Positions 14,079 through 23,877 of a stretch of DNA of 64,000 nt are shown in pieces. Numbering within the stretch: the first letter of the stretch is position 1; every line of letters starts with the position of its first letter. The notes below the pieces were generated by a model, which saw only the letters and a list, made by a program, of their open reading frames with translations, made no database searches and was not told where the DNA came from. Origin of the DNA: Waddliaceae bacterium (GTDB lineage: Bacteria > Chlamydiota > Chlamydiia > Chlamydiales > SLFE01); the NCBI GenBank assembly GCA_963771045.1, contig CAVYRW010000004.1, forward strand, positions 1,984,001 to 2,048,000, read 5' to 3'. The position numbers and the translations under genes were made by a program.

Positions 14079-17000
14079 CCGTAGACTTATTTTCTTTAGC
14101 TGTACTCAAACCTTTTCGAAAGGCTTTGAGTGAAAATCATGATATATTAATTGAAGAGCTCTGGGATTCTCCCAAAGCTTTCCTCTCTTCCTTTGCGCAA
14201 AAAATTACGGGAAAGCACATTTTGATCCTTACAGGAGCCAGCCGCGAAGAAGCCGTCCTTTTCCACGACTTCGGCTATTTTACAGATGTTCCTGTAGTCG
14301 ACTTTCCCGCATGGGAAACCCTCCCCTCGGAAAAAGTTCCCCCGAGTCCCGACATTGTCGGCGAACGTTATGAAATCCTGGAAAAAATTGTCAACACACA
14401 AAAGCCCCACATCATCCTCACCAGCCTTCAAGCCTCTTTGCAAAAGCTGATAGACCCGTCTCTTTTCTACTCCCTTCATTTCCAATTGCAGACCGGCGAA
14501 GCCCTCCCTTTCGACGACCTCCTCGAACACTTTGAGCGCATGGGTTACGAAAGGCGCCCCGTCGCCTCCGACAAAGGAGAATATGCCGTTCGGGGCGGGA
14601 TCATCGACATCTTCCCTGTCTCATCCCCCGATCCCTACCGCATCGAATTCTGGGGAGACGAAATCGAATCGCTGCGCATTTACGACCCAATTGGGCAAAA
14701 ATCAATCAAAAAAATCGACAGCATCAGCATCAACCCCGCAAAAGAGCTCGAGCTGCTTGAAAACGCTCCCAAACTCAGTACGATCCTCGACTATTTGGGC
14801 AAAGATACGATCGTCATTCTCGATAACCTCGCCGCCCTTGAGGACCGCTACGCCAAACTGACCGGCATGGCAAGCAGAAGCTCGTCCTATTTTTGCAGCA
14901 TCGAAGAATTTCTTGAGGAATTGAATTCCTTTCAAAAAATTTTCCTGACACAGACAAATATTGAGCAGCTAAGCGAAATTGAAATCCTCGAAAACGTCTC
15001 CGGAAGCCTCTACTCGAAACAAAATCCTATCTATGCGATCGGTTTTGAAATGTTTCTCAGAAAATTCAAAGCCAAAAGATTCCAGTCCCCTTTTGTCAAA
15101 TTTTCCGAGGAGGGCACCTCAGAAGAAGAGGTTCTGGAAACCCTTTCCGACCCGCACCTCGTCAATACTTGGCAAATACTCTGCTCTGGCGAAGTGGAAA
15201 AACACTTATTTGAAAAAAAGCTTGCCGAAAGAAACATTTCACTTAACAAAGTCTCTTTAGGCTATCTCTCATCAGGGTTTATCATTCCCCAAGAAAAAAG
15301 AGTAATTTTTCCCCTCACAGAGATTACCCACCGCTACAAAATCCGGAGACAAAAACACCGCAGCACCTACCACACACCCCCGACCGAATCCTATGAGCTC
15401 ACTCCCGGCGATATGGTGGTCCACCTGCAAAACGGCATCGGCAGATATCTGGGAATGGAGAAGCGCCCCGACGCAAGCGGCGCCATAAACGAATACTTCC
15501 TTCTCGAATATGCCGACAGTGCCCGCCTTTACGTTCCCATGAATCAAGCTCATTTCCTTACCAAGTATATCGGCACGTCCGAAGAAGCGCCAAAAATGCA
15601 CACGCTGGGAAGCACCAAATGGAAACGGGCCAAAGAAAAAACCCAGGCGGCCATCATGGGCTACGCTTCCGACCTGCTCGAACTTTATGCCAACCGCTCC
15701 ATCACCCCCGGTTTTGAATATCCCGAAGGCAGCGAAGATCTGGACGCTTTCGAAGACGAGTTTCCCTTCATTGAAACCAAAGACCAGATTGACGCCATTG
15801 CCTCTGTCAAACAGGACATGTCTTCAAGCAAAGCTATGGACCGCCTTGTCTGCGGCGATGTGGGATACGGCAAAACCGAAGTAGCCATGAGGGCCGCCTT
15901 CAAAGCCGTTGTCGACGGCGGAAAGCAAGTCGCCATTTTGGTGCCGACAACCGTTTTAGCTATGCAGCACTTTGACAACTTCTCCGAAAGGATGCGCGAC
16001 TTTCCTATCAATGTCCAGGTGCTCTCTCGTTTTCAAAAGACAAAAAAAACAAAAGAAGTCCTGGAAGGAGTGGAAAAGGGAACCGTCGATATTTTGATCG
16101 GCACCCACCGCATTACCAGTCCCGACATTATTTTCAAGGATTTGGGCCTTATCGTTATCGACGAAGAGCAGCGTTTTGGCGTCAGGACGAAAGAACACCT
16201 AAAAAAGATCAAAACCGGGGTCGATTGCCTCACCTTAACAGCAACGCCTATACCGAGGACGCTCTACATGTCTCTGATGGGGGCCCGCGACCTATCTGTC
16301 ATCAACACTCCGCCTCAGGACCGTATCCCGATAAAAACCGTCATCTCCGAGCTTAGCGACGATCTGCTCAAAAGCGCCCTTTTACGCGAGCTATCCCGCG
16401 ACGGCCAGGCTTTTGTGATCCACAACCGCGTCGATACAATTTACAATCTCGCAACCCGCATAAAAAAAATTCTGCCCCACGCCCGCGTCATCGTCGGCCA
16501 CGGACAGATGAGCGCCCAGGAAATCGACACCGTCTTCCACACATTCAAAAGCGGAAAAGCCGATATATTGCTGGCGACAACAATCGTCGAAAACGGCGTT
16601 GACATTCCCAATGCCAATACCATTCTTATCGACCGCGCCGACCGCTTCGGCATTGCCGAGCTCTACCAGCTAAGAGGCCGCGTCGGCCGCTGGAACCGCC
16701 AGGCCTACGCCTACTTCATGGTTCCCAAACTCAGCACCCTCCCCGCCCTCTCGCGCCGCCGCCTCGCCGCCCTTGCCGAAACATCCGGATACGGCGGAGG
16801 GATGAAAGTAGCCCTTCGCGACTTAGAAATTCGGGGAGCGGGAAACATCCTGGGAGAAGAGCAGTCGGGCCAGGTCGCAACAATCGGCTTCCATCAATAC
16901 TGCAAGTGGCTCAAGAGAGCCGTTCAAACCCTCAAAGGGAAAACCCCCGCCACATTCGCTGAAACCAGAATCGAGGCCCCGATCGACGCCCGCCTTCCCG

Positions 17001-17314
17001 AAACATACGTGAATGAACCATCGCTTCGCATGGAGTTTTACCAGCGCCTCGGCGAAGCCGCCTCCCTCGAAGAAGTCGACGCCATTTCTGAAGAGCTTAT
17101 CGACCGTTTTGGCCCCCTTCCCGAACCAGCCGAGTGGCTTATCCACATGTCCCGCGTCAAAACCACCGCCGCCCTTAAAGGGATCAACACTATCAAAGTC
17201 TCCAAAGTCTCTGTCCGCATAGAAAAGAAAAAGCAAGTCTCGCAAAAGCTCTTCAAACCCGTCAGCACTCCCAAAGAATGGGAAAATCAGCTGATGGAAA
17301 TGCTGTCTGAATGA
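14075..17314 (+). CDS. mfd: transcription-repair coupling factor
   Basis: UvrB-like region, MDRLVCGDVGYGKTEVA, DEEQRFG, TATPIPRTL, QLRGRVGR, TRCF C-terminus. Confidence 0.97.
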
Positions 17315-17347
17315 TTTTATTTATCCCGAAGAGTTTTGCACCACGTC

Positions 17348-17622
17348 TTAAATAACGAGAAATAGTAAGGAGGGAACACCCCAAGCGGCTAACCACGAAA
17401 TCGCTTCGTCCACGTTCATGAGATCTCCTTTGAAATAATTAGACATTTTATAATAAAATGGGGATGATAAAAAACCTTTAGGTGTTTGAATAAATCCTAA
17501 ATTTCGTCCATGGCGATCATTATTGCCAAGAAGACTATCTGCCAAGGTTAGATGCACAAATTTTTCCTGTTCTACCCTCCTGCCAGTTTTTTCTCCAATT
17601 ATTTGAACAATTGATTCACAAT
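17348..17622 (-). pseudogene. HipA-like kinase, 3' fragment
   Basis: ...FVHLTLADSLLGNNDRHGRNLGFI...SPFY resembles the HipA catalytic loop; joins in frame with 19187..19567 when the IS is removed. Confidence 0.75.
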
Positions 17623-17687
17623 GGCTTTGTTGCGTAATTAACCACAGAGCTCACAAGAGCGCACAGAGAGAATATGAGAGATTTGAT

Positions 17688-18632
17688 TTAAGCTGCTATT
17701 AATTCACTTTCAGGCATTCCCAGCTTTGTCATTATATTTAGTGCTTCACATTTTGCCCTTGATTCAGCCCTTTGGGTTTCCAGAGTTCTACTTCTTAAAT
17801 CATTTCCAAAGAATCGTTTAAATCTAAACATGGCTGTTTCTGCAAGTGATCGACGATGATAACCTTTCAACTTTTTCCATAATTTTCTTGCATCATCATC
17901 ACCTCCTAAACCTGAAATTTCCAGCAAACTGATATTCCGCATCTTCCAAGAAGGAGATATGTTTTCTCGAAAAACAGCATTCCTATTGGGTGGAATAATA
18001 GGAATTGAGCCGTGAACTACATTTGCAGCATAGCATCGCTTAGTATCATAAGCCCCATCTCCATATGTGCGCTTAACTGATTTCGGCATTACCTCGAGAA
18101 GTTTTGGATACACTTCACAATCTGCAACGTTATTTTCAGTAAGAATTTCGAAAATAATTTCGTGAGAGTCAGGGCAGACTGCCAGATGGAGCTTTCTCCA
18201 TGTTCGCCTTTTACTGATTCCATGCTGCCTAACTTTCCATTCACCCTCTCCGTACACTTTCAAACCGGTTGAATCGATTACAATATTGGTGACTTTTTTT
18301 TTCGAAAGTTTCTTCAACTCTTGCCCCAACAACTTAGCTCTCCGACAAATTTGAGTATAAGAAGGAATCGATAAACCAACAGATAAAATCATAACAAGAG
18401 ATGTCAAAAATCCTTCGAGTGCTCTCAATGGAAGATGAAAAACCGATCGAATAATGAGCGCGGTGAGAATAGCGTCATCAGAATAGAGTTTTGGACGCCC
18501 CTTTTTTCCTATTTCTTTTGGAGCCATCCACTTATTGATAGCATCTTCAGAAAACCAAACAGTTATGCTTCCCCTTTGAATAAGAGATTTGTTATAGTCG
18601 TTCCAGTTGCGAATGCGATATTTTGCCTTCAT
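17688..18632 (-). CDS. IS5 family (IS903 group) DDE transposase
   Basis: YRIRNWNDYNKSLIQRGSIT, IDSTGLKVYGEGEW, RRTWRKLHLAV, GDGAYD, GYHRRSLAETAMFRFK. Confidence 0.95.
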   Translation of the reverse strand: MKAKYRIRNWNDYNKSLIQRGSITVWFSEDAINKWMAPKEIGKKGRPKLYSDDAILTALIIRSVFHLPLRALEGFLTSLVMILSVGLSIPSYTQICRRAKLLGQELKKLSKKKVTNIVIDSTGLKVYGEGEWKVRQHGISKRRTWRKLHLAVCPDSHEIIFEILTENNVADCEVYPKLLEVMPKSVKRTYGDGAYDTKRCYAANVVHGSIPIIPPNRNAVFRENISPSWKMRNISLLEISGLGGDDDARKLWKKLKGYHRRSLAETAMFRFKRFFGNDLRSRTLETQRAESRAKCEALNIMTKLGMPESELIAA

Positions 18633-18716
18633 CTTGATCCTCCAATTTGTTGCAACTAAAAATTAGAGTATTAGGTATTTGTCGGCAAGCTCGCATTCGC
18701 CCTTTTTGGAGAAAAG

Positions 18717-19124
18717 ATGACTAGTACCCACACAACTGAAGAAGCCAACCAAAAAAGAAATGACCTTTTAACAGGGGAAATCATAGGTGCTGCGATTGAA
18801 GTTCATCGAAGATTAGGTCCAGGCTTGCTTGAATCGACATACGAAACTTGTCTTTGCTACGAGTTGAACCTTGCGGGTTTGAAAGTTAACCGGCAGATAC
18901 CAGTACCTATTATTTATCGTGATAAAAAGCTAGACTCAGGCTACCGGATCGATATGATAGTGGAAGATAAGGTTATTTTGGAGATAAAATCTGTGGCCAA
19001 TTTCTTGCCTGTTCATGAGGCCCAACTTCTATCCTATCTTAAGCATAATGGTGGTGGCAGAGGTTTGCTCATCAATTTCAATGTAAAACTTCTAAAAAAT
19101 GGGATTAGGCGTCTAATCATTTAA
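18717..19124 (+). CDS. GxxExxY protein (PD-(D/E)XK nuclease superfamily)
   Basis: IIGAAIEVHRRLGPGLLESTYE, YRIDMIVEDKVILEIKS, QLLSYLK..GLLINF. Confidence 0.92.
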   Translation: MTSTHTTEEANQKRNDLLTGEIIGAAIEVHRRLGPGLLESTYETCLCYELNLAGLKVNRQIPVPIIYRDKKLDSGYRIDMIVEDKVILEIKSVANFLPVHEAQLLSYLKHNGGGRGLLINFNVKLLKNGIRRLII

Positions 19125-19186
19125 TTCCTCTCTCATAATCTCTCAGTGAGCTCGGTGGTCTCAGTGGTGATTTATGCAACAACGCC

Positions 19187-19567
19187 ATCATACGGTTGAC
19201 CTGACTCAAAAAAATGATAAATATGAACAAGAGACGAACTTTTGAAATCTGACATAAAGTTTTTCGTAACAAAGCAAAGTTCATTTTCAGGCAATCGAAC
19301 TAAATAGTAACACGGAACATTGATTCCTAAAGCCTGAAGTATTTGATTACTAACAAATTCTGTTGATGACAATTCGGGATATTCTTTTTGCTTAACTTTT
19401 AAAATATAATTTACATCTCCAAGAGAAGCGGAATATTTTCGAAATTTTCCATGGAAAAAACTCGAATTGATTGGTTTAATTTGATTCGGTGATTGAGACT
19501 GCGACCTCACTCTAATATCAGCAAACTCTATAAATATGACACAAGTTTGTGTCACAAAAAGTCTCAA
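19187..19567 (-). pseudogene. HipA-like kinase, 5' fragment interrupted by the IS
   Basis: SSFFHGKFRKYS..YILKVKQKEYPELSSTEFVSNQILQALGINVP...FVTKNF, a HipA N-lobe pattern; ends at the IS right IR. Confidence 0.75.
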
Positions 19568-19604
19568 ATCTTTTTCAGATAAGACATTGATATTGAAATC
19601 TTTA

Positions 19605-19811
19605 TCAATCGTAGTCCCAGATGGGGCCGAATTTGTGGCGGTGGAATCTTTTGACCGTGAAGCTGTGCCTACAGCGGGCGCATGTGATTTCCTTGACGTA
19701 TTCGCCTATTTCATAACGGTATTTCTGCCGGTCTTCATTGATATAGCCGCACTCAGGACATGCCCTGTAGTCGATAACGATATCCCATGTGTGCGATCCC
19801 CTGCTGCTCAA
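19605..19811 (-). CDS. small zinc-ribbon protein
   Basis: CPEC...CARC; 68 aa. Confidence 0.65.
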   Translation of the reverse strand: MSSRGSHTWDIVIDYRACPECGYINEDRQKYRYEIGEYVKEITCARCRHSFTVKRFHRHKFGPIWDYD

Positions 19812-19814
19812 AAG

Positions 19815-19997
19815 CTATTTCCTCCTGCCGAATAGACGGGCAAAAAGCCCCTTTTTCCGCTTCCGATAGACATGCTGCTCCTCACCCCAGCCGTTGATGT
19901 CTTGCATTTCAGCACCAATGATTCCCTTGCCGGGCTCGACTGCCTGATGCCTAAGCGGAGTATCTACAGGGTAATCCTTATACTTCTTTGGCCACAT
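19815..19997 (-). CDS. small hypothetical protein
   Basis: 60-aa ORF with AAGGA upstream, 3 bp from the zinc-ribbon gene, divergent from efp. Confidence 0.45.
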   Translation of the reverse strand: MWPKKYKDYPVDTPLRHQAVEPGKGIIGAEMQDINGWGEEQHVYRKRKKGLFARLFGRRK

Positions 19998-20059
19998 TTG
20001 AAATAAATCCTTTTTCTGCTATAGTGTTTTCTTAATATAAAAAACTCAAGGACAAATTT

Positions 20060-20632
20060 ATGGCACAGGTCACCACCAACGAAATCAGACCCGGATTTAA
20101 AATCGAACTCGAATCCCAGCCTTTTGTCGTTGTCGCCAACGAATTTGTCAAGCCCGGAAAAGGGCAGGCTTTTAACCGGATTAAATTAAAAAATTTGCTC
20201 ACTAGCCGGGTTGTTGAAAAAACTTTCAAGTCCGGCGAAAAACTGGATCTTGCCGATATCGAGGAAACCTACAAACGGCTGCTCTACACAGACCAGCACG
20301 GCGCTGTTTTCATGGATGACGAAACTTACGACCAAGTCACCGTCACTTTCGAGCAGCTGGGTGAATCCAAAAAATGGCTCAAAGAAGAAGTCGTCTACGA
20401 CATCGTCTTCTATAAAGGAGCTCCCATCGCCGTCGAGCCGCCGACATTCATGGAACTGAAGGTCACAGAAACAGCACCCGGAGTGAGAGGCGATACAGCA
20501 TCGGGGAGGGTGATGAAACCCGCAACGCTGGAAACCGGCGCCCAGGTGCAAATCCCGATATTCGTCAATGAAGGCGAAACCGTCAAGATCGATACCAGAA
20601 CCGGCGCTTACGACTCCCGTGTCTCGTCTTGA
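20060..20632 (+). CDS. efp: elongation factor P
   Basis: VKPGKGQAF, PGVRGDTA, KPATLETG. Confidence 0.97.
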   Translation: MAQVTTNEIRPGFKIELESQPFVVVANEFVKPGKGQAFNRIKLKNLLTSRVVEKTFKSGEKLDLADIEETYKRLLYTDQHGAVFMDDETYDQVTVTFEQLGESKKWLKEEVVYDIVFYKGAPIAVEPPTFMELKVTETAPGVRGDTASGRVMKPATLETGAQVQIPIFVNEGETVKIDTRTGAYDSRVSS

Positions 20633-21515
20633 TATTTTGCTAGACCGCGCGGGCATGCTGGCCAAATGCCGCCAGTATTTCGCCGAGCGGGACATTCTTG
20701 AAGTCGACTGCCCCATACTCAGCAAGGAAGCGTCCGTCGATGCCCACATAGACCTCATCACAGCCACTTATGACAAACACCATACTTATTATCTGCATTC
20801 CTCACCGGAATATGGAATGAAACGGCTCCTTTCAGAAGGAATCGGAGATATCTATCAGCTCTCGCACGTATTTCGAGATAGGGAACTCGGCCCCAAACAC
20901 AATCCGGAATTCATGATGGCCGAATGGTACCGCGTCGGGTTTTCCTATCAGCAGATGATCGATGAAACGTGCAGCTTTATCCGCCTGTTTCTCGGAGATC
21001 TTGAACAAGAGCAATTAACCTATCGGGAAGCGATGATCGATTATATCGACGCACCTGAAGAGGAACTGCAAAAGCTTGCAGAGCTAAGCAGCAACATTTA
21101 TAGCCGAGACGATCTTCTGACTATCATTCTCGGCTTGAAGGTCGAACCACATCTTGGAAAAAATAAACTCACCGTCATCACCGATTACCCGAAAGCGCAA
21201 GCGGCACTTGCCAAAATAGAAAACGGCAGCGCCAAACGTTTTGAGGTGTATTATCAGGGAATGGAGCTTGCAAACGGCTACGATGAACTTTGCGATGCCG
21301 AGGTCCAAAAACAACGATTTATCGAAGCCAATAAAATTCGGAAGGAAATGGGAAAGGAACCCCTTTCCATGGACAATCATTTTCTTAAGGCCCTTAAACA
21401 AGGTCTTCCTCCCTGCTCCGGAGTCGCCGTCGGCTTTGACCGTCTGATGATGCTCCGCCACGGAAAAACAACCATTTCTGATGTGATGCCTTTTTCTATT
21501 TTTCTTGACGATTGA
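20619..21515 (+). CDS. epmA: EF-P lysine aminoacylase (EpmA/GenX)
   Basis: YLHSSPEYGMKRLL, HNPEFMMAEWY, ELANGYDEL, SGVAVGFDRL. Start probably GTG 20619, overlapping efp. Confidence 0.93.
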   Translation: MSRLDILLDRAGMLAKCRQYFAERDILEVDCPILSKEASVDAHIDLITATYDKHHTYYLHSSPEYGMKRLLSEGIGDIYQLSHVFRDRELGPKHNPEFMMAEWYRVGFSYQQMIDETCSFIRLFLGDLEQEQLTYREAMIDYIDAPEEELQKLAELSSNIYSRDDLLTIILGLKVEPHLGKNKLTVITDYPKAQAALAKIENGSAKRFEVYYQGMELANGYDELCDAEVQKQRFIEANKIRKEMGKEPLSMDNHFLKALKQGLPPCSGVAVGFDRLMMLRHGKTTISDVMPFSIFLDD

Positions 21516-21576
21516 GAAAGATCGGATTATAAGTTCGTGAAACATTGAAAATGTGCAATTCAAAAGGTATTTAGAA

Positions 21577-22236
21577 ATGAATGTTGAAAACAACCAACTA
21601 ACGAAAATCTATTTTCATAGAGACATAAACCCTTTTAGGGGAAAGTCGGGCCGTCTGACAGAATTATTTTTCCGCGTAATGAAAGTTATCCAAGAAGACT
21701 AGAAGAAAACAGGACTTACATTCAGTTGCGGGATCATCAATTTCTTCTCTTTCTTTTATGAAGCTTTGCCAAAAGTCAGGACTCTAAAGCCCGACGAATG
21801 TATCCCCACTGATCTTTATCCCGAAGAAAGAGTCTATATGATAAAAACCGCGATCATACTTCTTCATTGTGGCTTAGCAATTCCTAGTTACTTAGCACAT
21901 AAGTCACTTATTTCTTGCTCAGAGAGCCCCTCTCCGCTTCTGTTAAAAATCAATAGATTTTTTAAAGAGGCAGGAACCATATTGCCAACGGCTGCTTTGA
22001 CCTTGTACAACCAGGTAGACGAAAGCCCAATTTTGCGATCCTACAATCCGGTTCTTCTGGGAATGATCTCGATGACTGTCGCCACTTTTTCCCAAATCCT
22101 CTATGCAACGCTTAAAGGCAATGATTCTCAAAAAAAAATCCTACCTTTTTTTGGGAGGAGCTGCCTTATGGTATCTGTTGACAACCTATCTTGTCGCATC
22201 TATCTGTCTGGAACGCGGAAATATTGGCGTTTTTGA
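21577..22236 (+). pseudogene. hypothetical membrane protein with in-frame TAG at 21700
   Basis: ATG 21577 is in frame with ORF 21766..22236, with a single TAG between them. Confidence 0.4.
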
Positions 22237-22239
22237 TAT

Positions 22240-23874
22240 TTAAACCCATTTTTGAACAATGGGAAAGCGGCGGCCGATGGAAAAGGCCTTCTCTGAGACT
22301 CTGAGGCCGGGAGGACTTTGCCGCCTTTTATATTCATTGAGATGGATCCGCTGAATCAAGCTTTCCACAAGATCAAGTGGGTACTCGTGCTTATCGGCAA
22401 TTTCCTCCGGCGGCAGGTGATCAATAATGTAATCGTTGAGAACAGCATCGACAATGGCATAGTCGGGCAGGCTGTCGGAATCTTTTTGCTCCGGGCGCAG
22501 TTCGGCAGAAGGGGGTTTCTCAATAATATTTTTCGGAATCACTTCCTCTTTTCGATTGATCCAGCCGGCAAGAGCATAGACCTGCTCTTTTGTCACGTCG
22601 CTCAGTACCCCGAGCCCGCCGCTCATATCGCCGTACAGCGTTGAATACCCCATTGCCATTTCACTTTTGTTTCCTGTGCTAAGCACGATGTAGCCATGTT
22701 TGTTGGAGAGGGCCATGAGAATCATCGACCGGATGCGCGCCTGTATGTTTTCCTCTGCGGCATCGGGTTCTTTCCCCTCAAAATACGGACCGAGCAAATT
22801 GAGGTAAGCCTTGAAAGGTTCTTCAATTTCAATCCATTTGACCTCGATTCCTAAATTTTCCACAAGGGCTATAGCGTCATCGCTGCTTGCCTTTGAAGAG
22901 TAGCGAGACGGCATGCAGACGGCCAAAACATTTTCCGGGCCAAGCGCCTCTTTAGCTATGCAGGCTGTGACAGCTGAGTCAATGCCTCCTGAAAGTCCAA
23001 AACAAGCCTTTTTAAATCCTAGTTTGGCAAAATAATCTTTCAAGCCCAAAACCAAAGCGTGAAAAAGATCTTCATAGGCATCGCTATGCCACTGTTTCGG
23101 CTCGCGCTTTTTCTCAAGATCCAAAAATAATGAATCCTCGCAAAATCCTTTGGCATTTTCAACAAGCTGGCCCTGTTCATTAACAAATAAGCTGTATCCA
23201 TCGAAAATCAGGCTGTCATTTCCCCCAACCTGATTGCATATCAGGACCGGACATTTAAGAGTTTGCGCGGCTTTTCTACACACCGCAAACCTTCTGGCGG
23301 GCTTATTGAAGCTGTAAGGAGACGAGGAGAGATTAATCAATATCTGAGGAGAGAGCTTGTCATAAAGAATCACGGGATCGCTCCCATATGAAGTGTCTTT
23401 CACAGCTTCGGCATGCTGCCAAATATCTTCGCAGATAGTGATTCCTACTTTTTTTCCCGCGATATTCCAGAGAGCGGCGTCCTTTCCGGGCTCAAAATAA
23501 CGCCTCTCACTGAAAACATCGTAAGTCGGAAGCAAAATCTTGTCATGAAAGCCGATAATCTCTTCATCGGTTAAGACTGCCGCGCTGTTGCAAAGGGATT
23601 TCTCCCCTTCCCTGTTATTTTTTCTCGGAAAACCAATGAGAGCGGTGATCCCACGGGTTTCTTTGAGAATTAAGTGAAGCTGATACTCGGTCTCATCAAT
23701 AAACTGAGGCAAGAGAAGCAGATCTTCAGGAGGATAGCCTGTCAATGCCAGTTCGGGAAAAACGACAAGGTCGGCGCCTCTTTTTTTCGCAGAACGTATC
23801 TGATCTACGATCTTGGTTCTATTCCCTTCCAGGTCGCCTACTGTAGGATCAATCTGGGCAAGTTGAATTTTCAT
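22240..23874 (-). CDS. nadE: glutamine-dependent NAD+ synthetase
   Basis: Nitrilase domain (FPEL, ICEDIW) plus GLSGGIDSA, ENIQAR, STGNKSE, PPSAELRP. Confidence 0.97.
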   Translation of the reverse strand: MKIQLAQIDPTVGDLEGNRTKIVDQIRSAKKRGADLVVFPELALTGYPPEDLLLLPQFIDETEYQLHLILKETRGITALIGFPRKNNREGEKSLCNSAAVLTDEEIIGFHDKILLPTYDVFSERRYFEPGKDAALWNIAGKKVGITICEDIWQHAEAVKDTSYGSDPVILYDKLSPQILINLSSSPYSFNKPARRFAVCRKAAQTLKCPVLICNQVGGNDSLIFDGYSLFVNEQGQLVENAKGFCEDSLFLDLEKKREPKQWHSDAYEDLFHALVLGLKDYFAKLGFKKACFGLSGGIDSAVTACIAKEALGPENVLAVCMPSRYSSKASSDDAIALVENLGIEVKWIEIEEPFKAYLNLLGPYFEGKEPDAAEENIQARIRSMILMALSNKHGYIVLSTGNKSEMAMGYSTLYGDMSGGLGVLSDVTKEQVYALAGWINRKEEVIPKNIIEKPPSAELRPEQKDSDSLPDYAIVDAVLNDYIIDHLPPEEIADKHEYPLDLVESLIQRIHLNEYKRRQSPPGLRVSEKAFSIGRRFPIVQKWV

Positions 23875-23877
23875 ATA

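Larger units (their letters stand above)
17623..19186. mobile_element. IS5 family (IS903-type) element with GxxExxY passenger gene, 1564 bp
   Basis: Terminal IRs GGCTTTGTTGCGTAATT (left) and GGCGTTGTTGCATAAAT (right, reverse complement), extending ~60 bp imperfectly; AT on both flanks. Confidence 0.85.

Noticed and set aside
18633..18716. Internal IS end between the transposase and GxxExxY (TTTGTTGCAAC)
   Set aside because: Only a short partial match with no terminal GGC/GCC, and it would not restore the target gene.
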